DNA of 32,000 nucleotides from Wolbachia endosymbiont of Dirofilaria (Dirofilaria) immitis (GTDB lineage Bacteria; Pseudomonadota; Alphaproteobacteria; Rickettsiales; Anaplasmataceae). The notes below the pieces were generated by a model, which worked only from the letters and a program-made list of their open reading frames with translations, was not told the DNA's origin and ran no database searches. The position numbers were made by a program, and so were the translations under genes. This document shows positions 1-11,233 of the stretch, piece by piece (positions within the stretch are counted from its first letter, which is position 1; the number at the start of each line of letters is the position of its first letter). The stretch is taken from positions 210,001-242,000 of the forward strand of contig NZ_CP046578.1 in the NCBI RefSeq assembly GCF_013365455.1, in the 5' to 3' direction.

Positions 1-484
1 TGTGGTTGAAAATCACGTATAAGCTAAAAATTATAGTTATGAATTTAGATAATAGTTAGAACATCCAACTGCAAATGAAATATTAAAGCAAAGTATATGT
101 ACTTCTCTATCATGATTAAAATTGGAGCTGTAACAAAAAAGAAGCGGGAAATATTGCATTTAGTTAATGCTCTTAGGTGAGAGATTATGATTTTTGAATG
201 TAAATAGTTACCTGTAGATTCTGAAGTGTTAAAGGTATAGGTTAAGGAAATCTCAGACTTGTCTATCACTTATAATGCGCAGGTATATCATAATGAACCT
301 TAACTCAAGGATTGCTATCTCGACTTTGTGCTTTCAACCATAAAAAATAGCATTGTTTAATTTTTGCTAAGTAACTGTACTTATAATAGAGAAGATTTTT
401 TTACTCTTGATGTAAGCTGAAATCAAACTCGATTTTTTTCTATATTGCGCTCTATATCGCTGGTAGAAAATCATTGTATTAAAT

Positions 485-961
485 CTAATGCAATTTTTTA
501 TTTAAGTCACGTGAAAGTGAAGATATAATATCGCTACTGCGCTTATCGTCATGGTGCACTTGTATTATTTTTTTTACAGCATCAGCGGCTATACTTGCTG
601 TGCTAGCTTGTAAATCTTCAATAGCTTTTTCAACTTGGTCGGTGACTTTCTTTAGATGAAAACGTGCATTCTCATTCAACGTCTGATCCAATTGTTGTCT
701 ATTATACTTAATGATTCTATTAGCCTTATTAAGGGCTTCACTCATTGTTTTATTAACCTCCGCATCTAATTTTTTGTATTTTTCAGAAGACTTTTTATAA
801 TATTCTAACATATCTCTTTTAAATTTTTCAACCTCTTCATTTGTAAGTTTGCTCTTGTTACCTTTTTTATTAAGGGCGCTCTTTATTAGTTCTTTCAGCA
901 GTCTATATGAAAGGATAAAACCTACTAAGAAAGCAAGGCCGATGATCATTGATGTAGACAT
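485..961 (-). CDS. atpF: F0F1 ATP synthase subunit b
   Basis: 158-aa ORF with an N-terminal hydrophobic segment followed by a long charged helix; last gene of an a-c-b'-b cluster on the minus strand. Confidence 0.85.
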   Translation of the reverse strand: MSTSMIIGLAFLVGFILSYRLLKELIKSALNKKGNKSKLTNEEVEKFKRDMLEYYKKSSEKYKKLDAEVNKTMSEALNKANRIIKYNRQQLDQTLNENARFHLKKVTDQVEKAIEDLQASTASIAADAVKKIIQVHHDDKRSSDIISSLSRDLNKKLH

Positions 962-969
962 AAAAACCT

Positions 970-1461
970 CTAAAATTCTTTAAATATTAAGTTAGTAACA
1001 AATTCCTCTTCAATTTCAGAATTAGTTAATTTATTGTAATAAATTAAAGCAATACCGGTAGCCATTTGCTTGAGTTCATTAATGTACTTAGATTTAAATT
1101 TTGCTACTTTTTCTTCAACAAGCTTGTTCATTTTTTTGTTTTCCTCTTCTATCGTGTTTTTCATGCTTATTCTCATTTCTTCTACTTGGACAAGTGCATT
1201 GTCTATAGCCTTTTTTGCTTGCATTTTAGCTTCATTTAGAACTAAGTTGTATCTAATAGCCTGATTTTCTATAAGCTTTAGGAGACAAATGGAACTATTA
1301 AAGGAATCTAATACTTTCTTGCTTCTAGTGTTTATTATTTCATCCAATTTTGGTAGAAATAAAAAGTTTACTATGAAAAAAAGCGAAGAAAAAAAAATCA
1401 AGAACCAAAAAACTTGAGAAAAGAAGGTTGAGACATCAAGTTGTGGCATATTAAACAACAA
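970..1461 (-). CDS. F0F1 ATP synthase subunit b' (second b-type subunit)
   Basis: 163 aa; 'MPQLDVSTFFSQVFWFLIFFSSLFFIVNFLFLPKLDEIINTR' is typical of b' subunits; 8 nt upstream of atpF and overlaps the 3' end of atpE by 11 nt. Confidence 0.88.
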   Translation of the reverse strand: MLFNMPQLDVSTFFSQVFWFLIFFSSLFFIVNFLFLPKLDEIINTRSKKVLDSFNSSICLLKLIENQAIRYNLVLNEAKMQAKKAIDNALVQVEEMRISMKNTIEEENKKMNKLVEEKVAKFKSKYINELKQMATGIALIYYNKLTNSEIEEEFVTNLIFKEF

Positions 1462-1678
1462 ATATTAATAGCAATGCAAGTAAAAATGCAAATAATCCCA
1501 TTGCTTCGACTAAAGCTGCTCCTGTATAGATATATTTTTTCATCTTGTCTTCTGACTCAGGGTTTCTTGCAAGTCCACTTAACATGGTAGAAAATATATT
1601 TGCTACACCAACACCGGCCCCGAGCATACCAAGCACACTTAACCCAATTGCTATAAACTTTAAAGCTGCTAAATCCAT
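1451..1678 (-). CDS. atpE: F0F1 ATP synthase subunit c
   Basis: 75 aa; two transmembrane helices with the glycine-rich 'GLSVLGMLGAGVGVANIF' and the 'RNPESEDKMKKYIYTGAALVEAMGLFAFLLALLLIF' signature including the essential Glu. Confidence 0.97.
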   Translation of the reverse strand: MDLAALKFIAIGLSVLGMLGAGVGVANIFSTMLSGLARNPESEDKMKKYIYTGAALVEAMGLFAFLLALLLIFVV

Positions 1679-1739
1679 GTATTACCTTTAATCATTTCCT
1701 TATAAGCTTAATTATAAAATGCCTTAAAGGTAAAGTCAA

Positions 1740-2465
1740 TTACTTTACTGTATCTGATAGATATACACATGTTAAGGAGGTGAATATATAGGCTTGTAAG
1801 ATTGCAACAAATACTTCAAATCCTATTAAGGTAATTATAAACAAAAACGGTATAGGAGTTAGAGTTAAATGCATATTTATAATAAACCCTGCTATTACCT
1901 TAATAATTGTATGACCTGCAATCATATTCGCAGCAAGCCTGATTGATAAACTTATAGGTCTTGCGAGGTAAGCAAATAGCTTGATAAAAACCATTATTGG
2001 AGCAAGCCATAATGGAGTGCCTTCTGGTAACAATATACGTAAAAATTTTATTCCACTTTCTTTAAATCCAACAGCGGTTATGTAAACAAAAACTACTATC
2101 GATAAGGCAAAAGTAACTATTACATGACTTGTAACTGTAAAACTATATGGGAGGGTACCGACTAAATTACATGATAAAGTGAAAATAAATGCTGTAAATA
2201 TCAATGGAATATGCTTTAAACCTTTACTTCCGGTGTTACTTTCTATTATTGAAACAACAAAATCGTATATATACTCAACTGCAGCTTGCAAATATCCTGG
2301 TATTATTGACTTCTGTCTTACTCCCAAGAGTAAGAAAAGTGTGACTGACACTACTGAAATCATCATAAAAAGAGATGAGTTAGTGAAATTTATGTTATAC
2401 CCAAATAATCTAGGTAGCTCTATTATTGTGTATATTTTAAATTGTTCTAATGGATTTAATATCAT
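1740..2465 (-). CDS. atpB: F0F1 ATP synthase subunit a
   Basis: 241 aa polytopic; '[12 protein letters not shown]' motif with the essential Arg and '[24 protein letters not shown]' C-terminus. Confidence 0.97.
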   Translation of the reverse strand: MILNPLEQFKIYTIIELPRLFGYNINFTNSSLFMMISVVSVTLFLLLGVRQKSIIPGYLQAAVEYIYDFVVSIIESNTGSKGLKHIPLIFTAFIFTLSCNLVGTLPYSFTVTSHVIVTFALSIVVFVYITAVGFKESGIKFLRILLPEGTPLWLAPIMVFIKLFAYLARPISLSIRLAANMIAGHTIIKVIAGFIINMHLTLTPIPFLFIITLIGFEVFVAILQAYIFTSLTCVYLSDTVK

Positions 2466-2544
2466 TTTTATTATAAAAAAACTTAAGCTACATAATAAGT
2501 AGAGTATAAATTCTATAGAGTGAAGTCAAGAGTTAATATGGTAT

Positions 2545-2570
2545 ATGCTCTATAATACAGAGCATTTTTT
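2545..2570 (+). terminator. possible Rho-independent terminator hairpin
   Basis: perfect 7-bp inverted repeat ATGCTCT-(7 nt)-AGAGCAT followed by TTTTT; no plus-strand gene is recognisable upstream, so function is uncertain. Confidence 0.35.
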
Positions 2571-2904
2571 ACTTATTTTATTTTGAACTTATAATTCTCA
2601 GATACTATTTTCTGATAATTTGAAGTCATATTTATAGCATGGTTATAATCTTCACGATTAAGTTCAGTTTTATTGATAGATAAATCTTTTTAAAAACCAT
2701 TTTTAAAATAATGTTACCGAAAATTATAAGGTAAACTGCCAACGTCCTTGGCCAGTTATTCTATTGGCTTTTTTCTATAGCTATCAGAGACGTTAAGTTA
2801 TGTGCTAACATCTTTCTTGTTAGTTTTTTTGTATCCAAGATTAGTTTTGATAATTTTAAAAATTGGTTGACGAAAATTGGTTGATAATTGTATATATGTT
2901 CGAT

Positions 2905-2978
2905 GCCGGCTTAGCTCAATTGGGTAGAGCAACTGACTTGTAATCAGTAGGTTGTCAGTTCAAGTCCGACAGCCGGCA
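2905..2978 (+). tRNA. tRNA-Thr (anticodon TGT)
   Basis: cloverleaf: acceptor GCCGGCT/AGCCGGC, D-arm GCTC..GAGC, anticodon stem ACTGA/TCAGT with loop CTTGTAA, T-loop TTCAAGT; discriminator A. Confidence 0.95.
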
Positions 2979-3791
2979 TGTACCCTAGTCAAGGATAGAG
3001 ATATTTAAAATAAATAAGAAGAAGCCTATTAGCAAATAAATTTTCGAAGATATAAAGAGAGTAGTATGTAGGTAATTAAAGGTATAGCTAGAATTACCAG
3101 CAGGATCCTTGTTGGCAGGTGTTTATTATCCTCAGGTTATATCTATAACTATAAACTCTAAGATTTGGTTCTAAACTCTTTAAAAAGAGTATTAGAGCTA
3201 TTACGTTTAAGTATATAGGAACGTTTTATAATAACTGCTATTTATGTTCTACTATTGACTTAATACCTTTCTAAATATTTTAATTTCTTTTTATAGAAAA
3301 ACATTATAAGTTTTCTCTTCACTTTTTTCCAGTAAGATCGTTTTGACTAGTGCATAACTTTATCTATAGTTAAACATTTTTTAAATTACATATAAATATG
3401 AAGTATAATGTTCCATTAATATTCTTTAATGTTACTGAACACAAAGAGGGAAATATTCTTACTTAAGCTTGCACTAACATGAAATTTCAGATTAGTATTA
3501 TGATGAGAATGGTAATGATAACTTGCTAGTAGGCTAATCCTTGTGTTCTTTAATAATTAAACCTTAATGAAAACTTTAAGTCTGATCTAGGATTTTTTGG
3601 TATAATACTGATCAAAAACAACACTAGATTTTTAGAGATTATTGCTCTGTCTAACGCTAAAGATAAGGTGAGCAACATAACTAGAACTTGTAATCTCTTT
3701 ATACGAGGAAATATATACATGCTGAATATGTATTCTCTTATGTTTTTGAGAAAAATAATTATGAAATCATAAGATACACTACTCAGATTTT

Positions 3792-6332
3792 TTACATAAC
3801 TATGTTTACTATCTTGTTTGGCACAGTATATATGGTTCGAATTTTGTTTTGATCGATTTTATTAGATACAGAGCTCATTGCTATTTTCTTCAATTCCTCT
3901 TTGGGCAAATTAATTGCTACCTTAATTATTGCACTCAATTTCCCGTTGATTTGCACTGCTACAGTTACTATCTTATCAGTCAGTAGTGACTTAGCAATTT
4001 CTGGCCAAGGCTGTAGGTACAGCATACCTTTACCACCTATTTCTTGCCATAGGCTTTCAGCTAAGTGTGGTATAAATGGCTCAATTACTCTGATTAATAT
4101 GTGTATGCCTTCACCAATGAGTGATTTTCCATTTTCTGCATCTATTTCAGCTATTAAGTTCGTCATCTTGCGAAATTTTGCCACTGCGCAATTTAATCTG
4201 CAGCTTTCCAGGTCATCCGTAAGCCCGTATAGGAGTTTGTGTATTTTCTTTCTATATTCTAGAAGTTTGTCTGTAATATTTTTATCTGATGTTGTTTTAA
4301 TGTGTGATAGTATATCTTCTTTCTTGGTCTTGGTGTCATCTGCTTGGAAGGTAGGAGATTGATTTTTGGTAACGATAGGTTTAAATCGCATTACCATACG
4401 CCATAATTTGTTTATATAGCGAAAACAGCCTTCTATGCCACTATCTGACCATTCTATATCTTTTTCTGGAGGAGTATCGGACAATACAAACAAGCGGGCG
4501 GTATCCGCACCGTATTTTTCTATGATAAAATTTGGGTCAACTGTATTCTTCTTGGATTTGCTCATCTTCTCGGCCTTACCAACTTGGATTTTTAAACCTA
4601 GTGCTACTAATTTTTTTGCTTCTTCAGGGAATAGCCACTTACCATGCTCGTCTTTATAAGTCGTATGACAAACCATTCCTTGAGTGATTAAAGTAGAGAA
4701 AGGCTCCTTAATGTTAAGATAACCGCATCTAGTTAAAGCGCGGCAAAAAAATCGTGAGTAAAGCAAGTGCAAGATTGCATGCTCTATTCCACCTATATAA
4801 TAATCGACAGGCATAAAACGGTTACACGCATCCTTATTAATAGATTTATCTTCACTGCAGAATGCAGCAAAGTACCAAGAGGATTCAAAAAAAGTGTCAA
4901 ATGTATCAGTTTCACGCTCCATTTGCTTCCCACATTTTGGGCAATCAACAAATTTCCATGTTGGGTGTTTATCAAGTGGATTACCACCGCTTATAAATTC
5001 TATATCTGTTGGCAGAGTTACAGGAAGGTTTTTTTCTGGTACTGGAATAGTACCACAATCTTTACAATGTATAATAGGTATAGGGCATCCCCAATAACGT
5101 TGCCTAGAAATTCCCCAGTCGTGTAGACGATAGTTTACCGTTTTTTTACCTATCCCTTTTTCTTCAAGCTTCTTGATGACTATTTCCTTTGCTTTATTAG
5201 CTGTTAATCCATTTAAGAATTCAGAATTAAACATCACTTCATCATTGATGTATGCTTCTTTTATGGTCTCTATGGTTTGTGTGCTCTCTTTATAAATTAC
5301 AGGAATAATCGGTAGATTATATTTCTGTGCAAATTCAAGATCACGCTGATCATGTGCAGGGCATCCGAAAATTGCACCTTCTCCATATTCCATTAATACA
5401 AAATTTGCTACGTAGAGTGGTAACTTTTTATCAAGAAATGGATGTTTGACGTTTAACCCAGTGTAAATTCCAATTTTTTCGTTATTTTTTTCTTTGGTTT
5501 TCATATCATCAATAAAGCCCTGTATTTTTTCGTTTTTAAGATTCTGTATAATAGGATGCTCTGTTGCTACTGCGCAAAAGGAAGCTCCAAATAAAGTATG
5601 AGGGTGAATTGTAAAGATCTTTAATTTTTTATTTAAACCGATTATTTCGAATTCTATAGTGACCCCTTCGGATTTTCCTATCCAATGTTCTTGCATTGTT
5701 TTAACTTTTTCTGGCCAGTTTTTTAAATTTTGCAAGCACTTGAGTAAATCTTCAGCGAAATCGGTAGTCTTTAAGAACCACTGGGATAGCTTACGTTTTT
5801 CAATAACTGCACCGGAACGCCAGCCTTTTCCATTGATTACCTGTTCATTTGCAAGTACTGTCTGGTCTACTGGATCCCAGTTAACCCATGACTCTTTTCG
5901 GTAAGCAAGCCCATGCTTTAGAAAATCTAAGAAAAGTTTTTGTTCGTATTTATAATAGTTAGGCTCACACGTAAAGAGTTCACGTTCCCAATTATAAGAA
6001 AGGCCTATAGATTTTAACTGCACACGCATATTATCTATATTCTCTTTTGTCCAAATTGCGGGATTGATATTGTTATCCCTTGCTGCGTTTTCGGCTGGCA
6101 ATCCAAACGCATCCCAGCCGATTGGGTGCAAAACCTCAAATCCACGAGCTCTCTTATAGCGTGCTATTACATCTCCTATTGTATAGTTACGTAAGTGTCC
6201 CATATGGATTTTACCAGATGGGTATGGAAACATTTCTAATACATAACATTTATTTTGTTTACTATTTTTATTTACAGAGAAATTCCATTTATTTTGGTAA
6301 AATTTTTCAATATTTTTAAAATCATATTTCAT
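3792..6332 (-). CDS. leuS: leucyl-tRNA synthetase
   Basis: 846 aa; '[27 protein letters not shown]' (HIGH region) and '[13 protein letters not shown]' (KMSKS) motifs; class Ia synthetase with editing domain. Confidence 0.98.
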   Translation of the reverse strand: MKYDFKNIEKFYQNKWNFSVNKNSKQNKCYVLEMFPYPSGKIHMGHLRNYTIGDVIARYKRARGFEVLHPIGWDAFGLPAENAARDNNINPAIWTKENIDNMRVQLKSIGLSYNWERELFTCEPNYYKYEQKLFLDFLKHGLAYRKESWVNWDPVDQTVLANEQVINGKGWRSGAVIEKRKLSQWFLKTTDFAEDLLKCLQNLKNWPEKVKTMQEHWIGKSEGVTIEFEIIGLNKKLKIFTIHPHTLFGASFCAVATEHPIIQNLKNEKIQGFIDDMKTKEKNNEKIGIYTGLNVKHPFLDKKLPLYVANFVLMEYGEGAIFGCPAHDQRDLEFAQKYNLPIIPVIYKESTQTIETIKEAYINDEVMFNSEFLNGLTANKAKEIVIKKLEEKGIGKKTVNYRLHDWGISRQRYWGCPIPIIHCKDCGTIPVPEKNLPVTLPTDIEFISGGNPLDKHPTWKFVDCPKCGKQMERETDTFDTFFESSWYFAAFCSEDKSINKDACNRFMPVDYYIGGIEHAILHLLYSRFFCRALTRCGYLNIKEPFSTLITQGMVCHTTYKDEHGKWLFPEEAKKLVALGLKIQVGKAEKMSKSKKNTVDPNFIIEKYGADTARLFVLSDTPPEKDIEWSDSGIEGCFRYINKLWRMVMRFKPIVTKNQSPTFQADDTKTKKEDILSHIKTTSDKNITDKLLEYRKKIHKLLYGLTDDLESCRLNCAVAKFRKMTNLIAEIDAENGKSLIGEGIHILIRVIEPFIPHLAESLWQEIGGKGMLYLQPWPEIAKSLLTDKIVTVAVQINGKLSAIIKVAINLPKEELKKIAMSSVSNKIDQNKIRTIYTVPNKIVNIVM

Positions 6333-6338
6333 ATAAAT

Positions 6339-6959
6339 TTAAGTTTCATTACAGTTAGTATGTGACAAAGGATCAATTGTTTGACCGTTACACCGTATTA
6401 TAAAGCATATCTGTGGGTACTTATCTTGTGTACTTAGCTTGCCTGCAGATCCAATGACTTGGCCCTGTTTTACTTTATCACCAATTTTGACATTTATATT
6501 TTTTAAATAGGAATATGCAGTCATGTAATTATCTTTGTGTTCTACTATAATTAAGTTTCCATACCATCTGAGCCCTTTGCCTACATATATTATTTTACCA
6601 GGTGCAGAAGCTACTACACTTGTCCCGCTTTGAGCAGTGATTTTTATTCCATCTTTACATGCTTCATCAAAGGAGACAGAAGTACCTTTTACTGGCATCA
6701 TAAATTTACAATTTAACCTATTGATTTTCACATTTTGCGTATCGTTCTTGTTCCTATGTGTTCTGTTTACGATGTCTTTTCTATTTTCTTTTTTTATTAA
6801 AGAGTTAGTATCTTTCTTAATTAAATGGTACTCTCTTGTATATTCTAGATCTCTTTTTCCGTAAAATTCCTCACCTTTAAGCAACACAGGCGCAGGTTTT
6901 TGTAGGCTACAACTTACTAATATTACTTGTAATATAAATAACGAGGCTATACGCCACAT
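6339..6959 (-). CDS. LytM/M23-fold lipoprotein, apparently lacking catalytic residues (NlpD/EnvC-like)
   Basis: lipoprotein signal peptide 'MWRIASLFILQVILVSC'; M23-type C-terminus 'GTSVVASAPGKIIYVGKGLRWYGNLIIVEHKDNYMTAYSYLKNINVKIGDKVKQGQVIGSAGK'. Confidence 0.85.
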   Translation of the reverse strand: MWRIASLFILQVILVSCSLQKPAPVLLKGEEFYGKRDLEYTREYHLIKKDTNSLIKKENRKDIVNRTHRNKNDTQNVKINRLNCKFMMPVKGTSVSFDEACKDGIKITAQSGTSVVASAPGKIIYVGKGLRWYGNLIIVEHKDNYMTAYSYLKNINVKIGDKVKQGQVIGSAGKLSTQDKYPQICFIIRCNGQTIDPLSHTNCNET

Positions 6960-7132
6960 AAATTTCTTTAAGATAATTTAAACTATATTAAATAACATAC
7001 TTTTTAAGTAACAAAACTTTTTTGTTGGTGCCAATTTTATGTTCCACCCTTAGAGTTGTTATGCTCTTTGTATGAGAAAACATTCTATTCTTCTTTCTTT
7101 GCTCTTTCTAAGTGGTTAGTCTTGTAAATTCA

Positions 7133-7618
7133 CTACTGTTTTACTTTAAAATTTCCTTTTTTATAATATGTTTTACTTGATAGAAATAGAGCTACTATAA
7201 GGTAAATAAAATTCCATGTTGCTAAGGAAATGCCTAGGACATAATTAGGCCTATCACAGAATGGGGAGTAGTTGGGATTTAATAACTTATTTCTAAGCTC
7301 TTCTATGCTAACATCACTGCCTGCTGCTTGTTCTGTACAGCCTAAGATATCATAAAATAAATGTAATTCAAGGCCTATGTGATAAAAGGATATTACTATG
7401 CCTATAAAATAGCTAAAGAACATTGCGTGGATTAAAATTTTATTACTTTTGAACATGTGTACTACTACAAGTAACCCTGTAATATAGTAAATTACCCGTT
7501 CATATATACATAGTTTACATGGCAACATGTAAAAGAAATACTCTAGCATATATGCGAAGATTAGAGCAAAAGCGCTTGATAACAAAAAGATTATAGAAAC
7601 TCTAGAGTTATTATGCAT
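7133..7618 (-). CDS. dsbB: disulfide bond formation protein DsbB-like
   Basis: 161 aa, four hydrophobic helices; 'LPCKLCIYERVIYY' CxxC motif plus a periplasmic loop 'LFYDILGCTEQ...NPNYSPFCDRP'. Confidence 0.88.
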   Translation of the reverse strand: MHNNSRVSIIFLLSSAFALIFAYMLEYFFYMLPCKLCIYERVIYYITGLLVVVHMFKSNKILIHAMFFSYFIGIVISFYHIGLELHLFYDILGCTEQAAGSDVSIEELRNKLLNPNYSPFCDRPNYVLGISLATWNFIYLIVALFLSSKTYYKKGNFKVKQ

Positions 7619-7668
7619 AATTTAAAGTGAATTATTATAAAGAACTCTGGAAGTATAAAGTAGAATAT

Positions 7669-8994
7669 TCATTTTACATAAGGATTTTTATTCTTTTTCA
7701 AAAGTAATCTGACTGGTACTCCTTTAGCAAAGAAATTCTTTCTAAGGTTATTAGTTAAATAGCGTTTATAACTCTCATTAACACTTTCAGGTATGTTACA
7801 TATTAAAGAAAAAGCAGGAGGTTTAGTACCAGTCTGAACGATATATTTCATTTTAACTGCTCTACCTTTTATAAATGGGTGAGGATGGTTATCCAAAGCA
7901 TTGATTAACCATTTATTTAGTTTTGCGGTGCTGATTTTCTTGTTTAAGAATTGGTTCACTTCAAGGCATTTATCCAGTACATTACTACAATGCATACCTT
8001 TTAACGCAGAAATTGTTATAATTGATACTTCTAAAGATAAACGAGTTACTTCTTGTTGCTCTACAAATTTTATTAATTTACTCCTATCATCTTTATTTAT
8101 TAAATCCCATTTATTCAAAACAATGATCACTCCTTTTCCTTCTTTGATTGCAGCTTCACCGATTGATAAATTTTGTTGCTCAATACTTATAATGGAGTCG
8201 AACATTAAAATTACTATATGAGAACGTTTTATTGATTCCATGCTTTTCTTAACGAATCTTGATTCTAGGCTATCTATGATATTTGCTTTTCTGTAAATCC
8301 CTGCAGTGTCGATGAGAGTGATTAATTCACCATTATAATTATATGTGATGTCTACAGAGTCACGTGTAGTTCCTGGTTCTGGACTTGTTATTAATCTATT
8401 TTCTGTGAGTAAACTGTTTAGAAAGGTTGACTTTCCTACGTTTGAGCGTCCAATTATTGCAATTCGGAGCTTATTGAACTTATCAGTCGGTAGTTTGGTG
8501 CTTTGATTTAAGTTTCTAATAGTACTGGATAGCGCATCATAAAGGTCAGCCATGCCAAGGTTATGTTCAGCTGAAATATATACTGGACCTATAAAATCAA
8601 AAAACTGTAAGTAATCAAGATTTTCAGATTTATGACTTTCACATTTGTTTGCTATGAGTATTATAGGTTTGTTTGTTTTTCCCTTCAGCCATTTTGCAAA
8701 TTTCTTATTTTTTTCATCTTGTACTTTTGCATCAACAAGAAAGAAAATTATATCTGAGTCAGATAAAGAGAGTTCGATTTGTTCAATAATTTGTAGTGAG
8801 AGATTGGTTTGGTCGTTCCATCCTCCTGTATCTATAACTTTAAATTCCAAATCACTAATTCTTCCAGCTCCTTCACGTCTGTCTCTTGTTACCCCTGGAA
8901 TATTACTGACTACTGCTATTCTTCTTCCTACTAGCCTATTAAATAGAGTTGACTTGCCGACATTTAGTAGACCTACTATAGTAATTTTTAGCAT
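7669..8994 (-). CDS. der: ribosome-associated GTPase Der (EngA)
   Basis: 441 aa with two tandem GTPase domains: G1 motifs 'GLLNVGKSTLFNRL' and 'GRSNVGKSTFLNSL', plus KH-like C-terminus. Confidence 0.97.
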   Translation of the reverse strand: MLKITIVGLLNVGKSTLFNRLVGRRIAVVSNIPGVTRDRREGAGRISDLEFKVIDTGGWNDQTNLSLQIIEQIELSLSDSDIIFFLVDAKVQDEKNKKFAKWLKGKTNKPIILIANKCESHKSENLDYLQFFDFIGPVYISAEHNLGMADLYDALSSTIRNLNQSTKLPTDKFNKLRIAIIGRSNVGKSTFLNSLLTENRLITSPEPGTTRDSVDITYNYNGELITLIDTAGIYRKANIIDSLESRFVKKSMESIKRSHIVILMFDSIISIEQQNLSIGEAAIKEGKGVIIVLNKWDLINKDDRSKLIKFVEQQEVTRLSLEVSIITISALKGMHCSNVLDKCLEVNQFLNKKISTAKLNKWLINALDNHPHPFIKGRAVKMKYIVQTGTKPPAFSLICNIPESVNESYKRYLTNNLRKNFFAKGVPVRLLLKKNKNPYVK

Positions 8995-9556
8995 AAATTT
9001 GAGAGCATTAAAGTAAATTATAGTCAGGATTTTTAATTTAGCTATATTGACTTTATAAATTATACTCTATTCTAAGGTGAAGATACTTTATCTTAATTTC
9101 ATTGTATAAAAACTGGAAGTAGTTATATGTTTAAGCAAGTGACAAATGTAAGTTAGTTGGGAAAGATTAGAATAACAAGAAGTGCAACGGTGCTCGTACA
9201 GGAACATAGGACGTCTAAAAAACAACTGATTTTCAATTAAGCATGACAATATATAAATAAATTGAGAAAGAAGATAGGAAGAGATGATAGGGTGAGTGAG
9301 AAAATGGAGTACTTTTTAATAGCTAAACTGTAGGGAAAATTCTGGATGAGCTATTAGAAATTATAAATTTTGCATATAGGGATATAAATAATGTTTTATG
9401 TACTGTATGCTAATAAATAAGACTCTTAAAGAAAAGCTTAGTGATTATTTATCACACCTAAAATAAGTTGTGTGTAACAGTGTTAAAAGTGATAAAAAAG
9501 AAGGAATTATAATGGAAAGGTAACGCATTAAATTTTGGTACGATATGATGTAATGG

Positions 9557-9748
9557 ATGACAAGAATTGTGGAGTTTTTTAAACATTATAAAATATTAAA
9601 AGAGCGACCACGTATAGAAAGGATCATTCATAGAACCAAAAATTTTGTTGAAGGGGAAAGTAGAAAACAAAGAGGGCAGTTTAGTTTTCTAGAAGATGGT
9701 AGTAGAATTAAGTGCATTGCGTTTGCCACTCTTAGATTAAAGTTCTAA
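9557..9748 (+). CDS. hypothetical small ORF, function unknown (possibly a remnant)
   Basis: 63-codon ORF in a long spacer; basic composition; no decisive family match by eye. Confidence 0.2.
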   Translation: MTRIVEFFKHYKILKERPRIERIIHRTKNFVEGESRKQRGQFSFLEDGSRIKCIAFATLRLKF

Positions 9749-9841
9749 TTATTATATATAATGTTACTGAGTGCAATTATATGTACCTCTCTGCCTCTCT
9801 GTAAAATGAGTTAGCTTTTTCTTTACTTTTTCTTGATAAGC

Positions 9842-11089
9842 TTACCGAGCTATAATTTTTGATTTTACCCAATTATATAATTTACCTATTTTACTATCAT
9901 GATCAAGCATTCCAGGGTTATTTTTATAAAAAGTGTCAATTATAAGTTTTATAGAGCCTATAGCAGCAGAGAATACAGGATTTTTATTGTATTCACTTTC
10001 AAGACCACTACAAGACTCAGGGTCAGGGTGCCCAATACGGACTTGTTTATTGAATATATAGCTTGCAATCTCTTTCATGCTTGTGAGCTGACTGGTTCCT
10101 CCTGTGATAACTACTTTATTAATTGGGTCTTTTTGTTTCTGAAGTTGCTCTTTTACTAATTCAAGTATTTCTTCAACTCTTGGTCTTATTATGTTAATAA
10201 GCTTGTATTTAGGTACTGGAATTGATTCATCATTTTCGCTATTTTGTACTGTAATGTATTCGTTTTCATCTATTGAAGTTACAATAGTGTTACCATGCAA
10301 TATTTTTATGCGTTCTGCATATTCTATATTTGTACATAGTCCATAAGCTATATCTTTGGTGATATGAATACCACCAATTGGGATGCTGCTTGCATATATA
10401 AGTTTGCCTCTTTTGAAGATTCCAACTGCAGTATATCCACCTCCTATATCAACAATAGCAGTTCCGAGCTCTTTTTCATCTTCACTGAGACAGGCAAAAC
10501 TAGCAGAATACGCGGAAGCAACACAACCAGCAATACTTATCCCATCATTGTTAATTATGCAATTTTCAATGTTGATAAGTGCTGGACGCGAAGCAGTAAC
10601 GACATTTACATCAGCAGATAATCTTTTCCCGTACAGACCACTAACCTCTTTTATGTCAGTCATATCGTCTAAGTGATATTTTAGTGGTATATTGTGAATG
10701 ATGACGTTTCCCTCAATGTACTTTTCAAATGTTTGAAAGACTACACGTTTTATATCCAGGTCAGAGATTTCATAATTAGCTACAATGATCTCATTGTGCA
10801 TATTAAAAGATGAGATTCCGCATCCAGCAACATTCATATATATCTGGTCTATAGTTTTTTCTGATATTTGTTCAGCCAAACCTATGGTTGATGAGATAGA
10901 GTGACTTGCGTGTTTTATATCAATTACTGATCCACCATTTATACCTTCTGCGATCTTGTAACCTGTCCCTGTTATTTTATAGCTAAGATTGCCACTGATC
11001 TCGACAATTAGACAAATGATCTTTGTTGTACCTATATCTAAAACAGCAAAAATGTTTCTTTTTGGTTTTACTATTACTGCAGAGTACAT
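9842..11089 (-). CDS. ftsA: cell division protein FtsA
   Basis: 415 aa; actin-fold motifs 'VLDIGTTKIICLIVEI', 'GTAIVDIGGGYTAVGIFKRG', 'VVITGGTSQLTSMKEIA'; C-terminal amphipathic tail 'KIGKLYNWVKSKIIAR'. Confidence 0.93.
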   Translation of the reverse strand: MYSAVIVKPKRNIFAVLDIGTTKIICLIVEISGNLSYKITGTGYKIAEGINGGSVIDIKHASHSISSTIGLAEQISEKTIDQIYMNVAGCGISSFNMHNEIIVANYEISDLDIKRVVFQTFEKYIEGNVIIHNIPLKYHLDDMTDIKEVSGLYGKRLSADVNVVTASRPALINIENCIINNDGISIAGCVASAYSASFACLSEDEKELGTAIVDIGGGYTAVGIFKRGKLIYASSIPIGGIHITKDIAYGLCTNIEYAERIKILHGNTIVTSIDENEYITVQNSENDESIPVPKYKLINIIRPRVEEILELVKEQLQKQKDPINKVVITGGTSQLTSMKEIASYIFNKQVRIGHPDPESCSGLESEYNKNPVFSAAIGSIKLIIDTFYKNNPGMLDHDSKIGKLYNWVKSKIIAR

Positions 11090-11233
11090 TAATTGACTTT
11101 ATTATGAATTATGAAATTTCATTTAAGTTGTAGCTTGCTTTAACAGTTTATATTTCTATTGCGTAAAATACAGCAATATTTTAGTATACCATAGATATTA
11201 GATAAAAAGAAAATAAAACATAAAAATAACTTT

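Noticed and set aside
45-269. 74-aa minus-strand ORF at the window edge
   Set aside because: No recognisable motif and no supporting context; likely random in AT-rich intergenic sequence.
1451-1461. 11-bp overlap between atpE and b' subunit ORFs
   Set aside because: Ordinary translational coupling within an operon; both proteins look complete.
3901-5126. Several plus-strand ORFs (e.g. 3901..4362, 4435..4659, 4767..5126) inside leuS
   Set aside because: Shadow ORFs antisense to an unambiguous leuS coding sequence; no recognisable domains.
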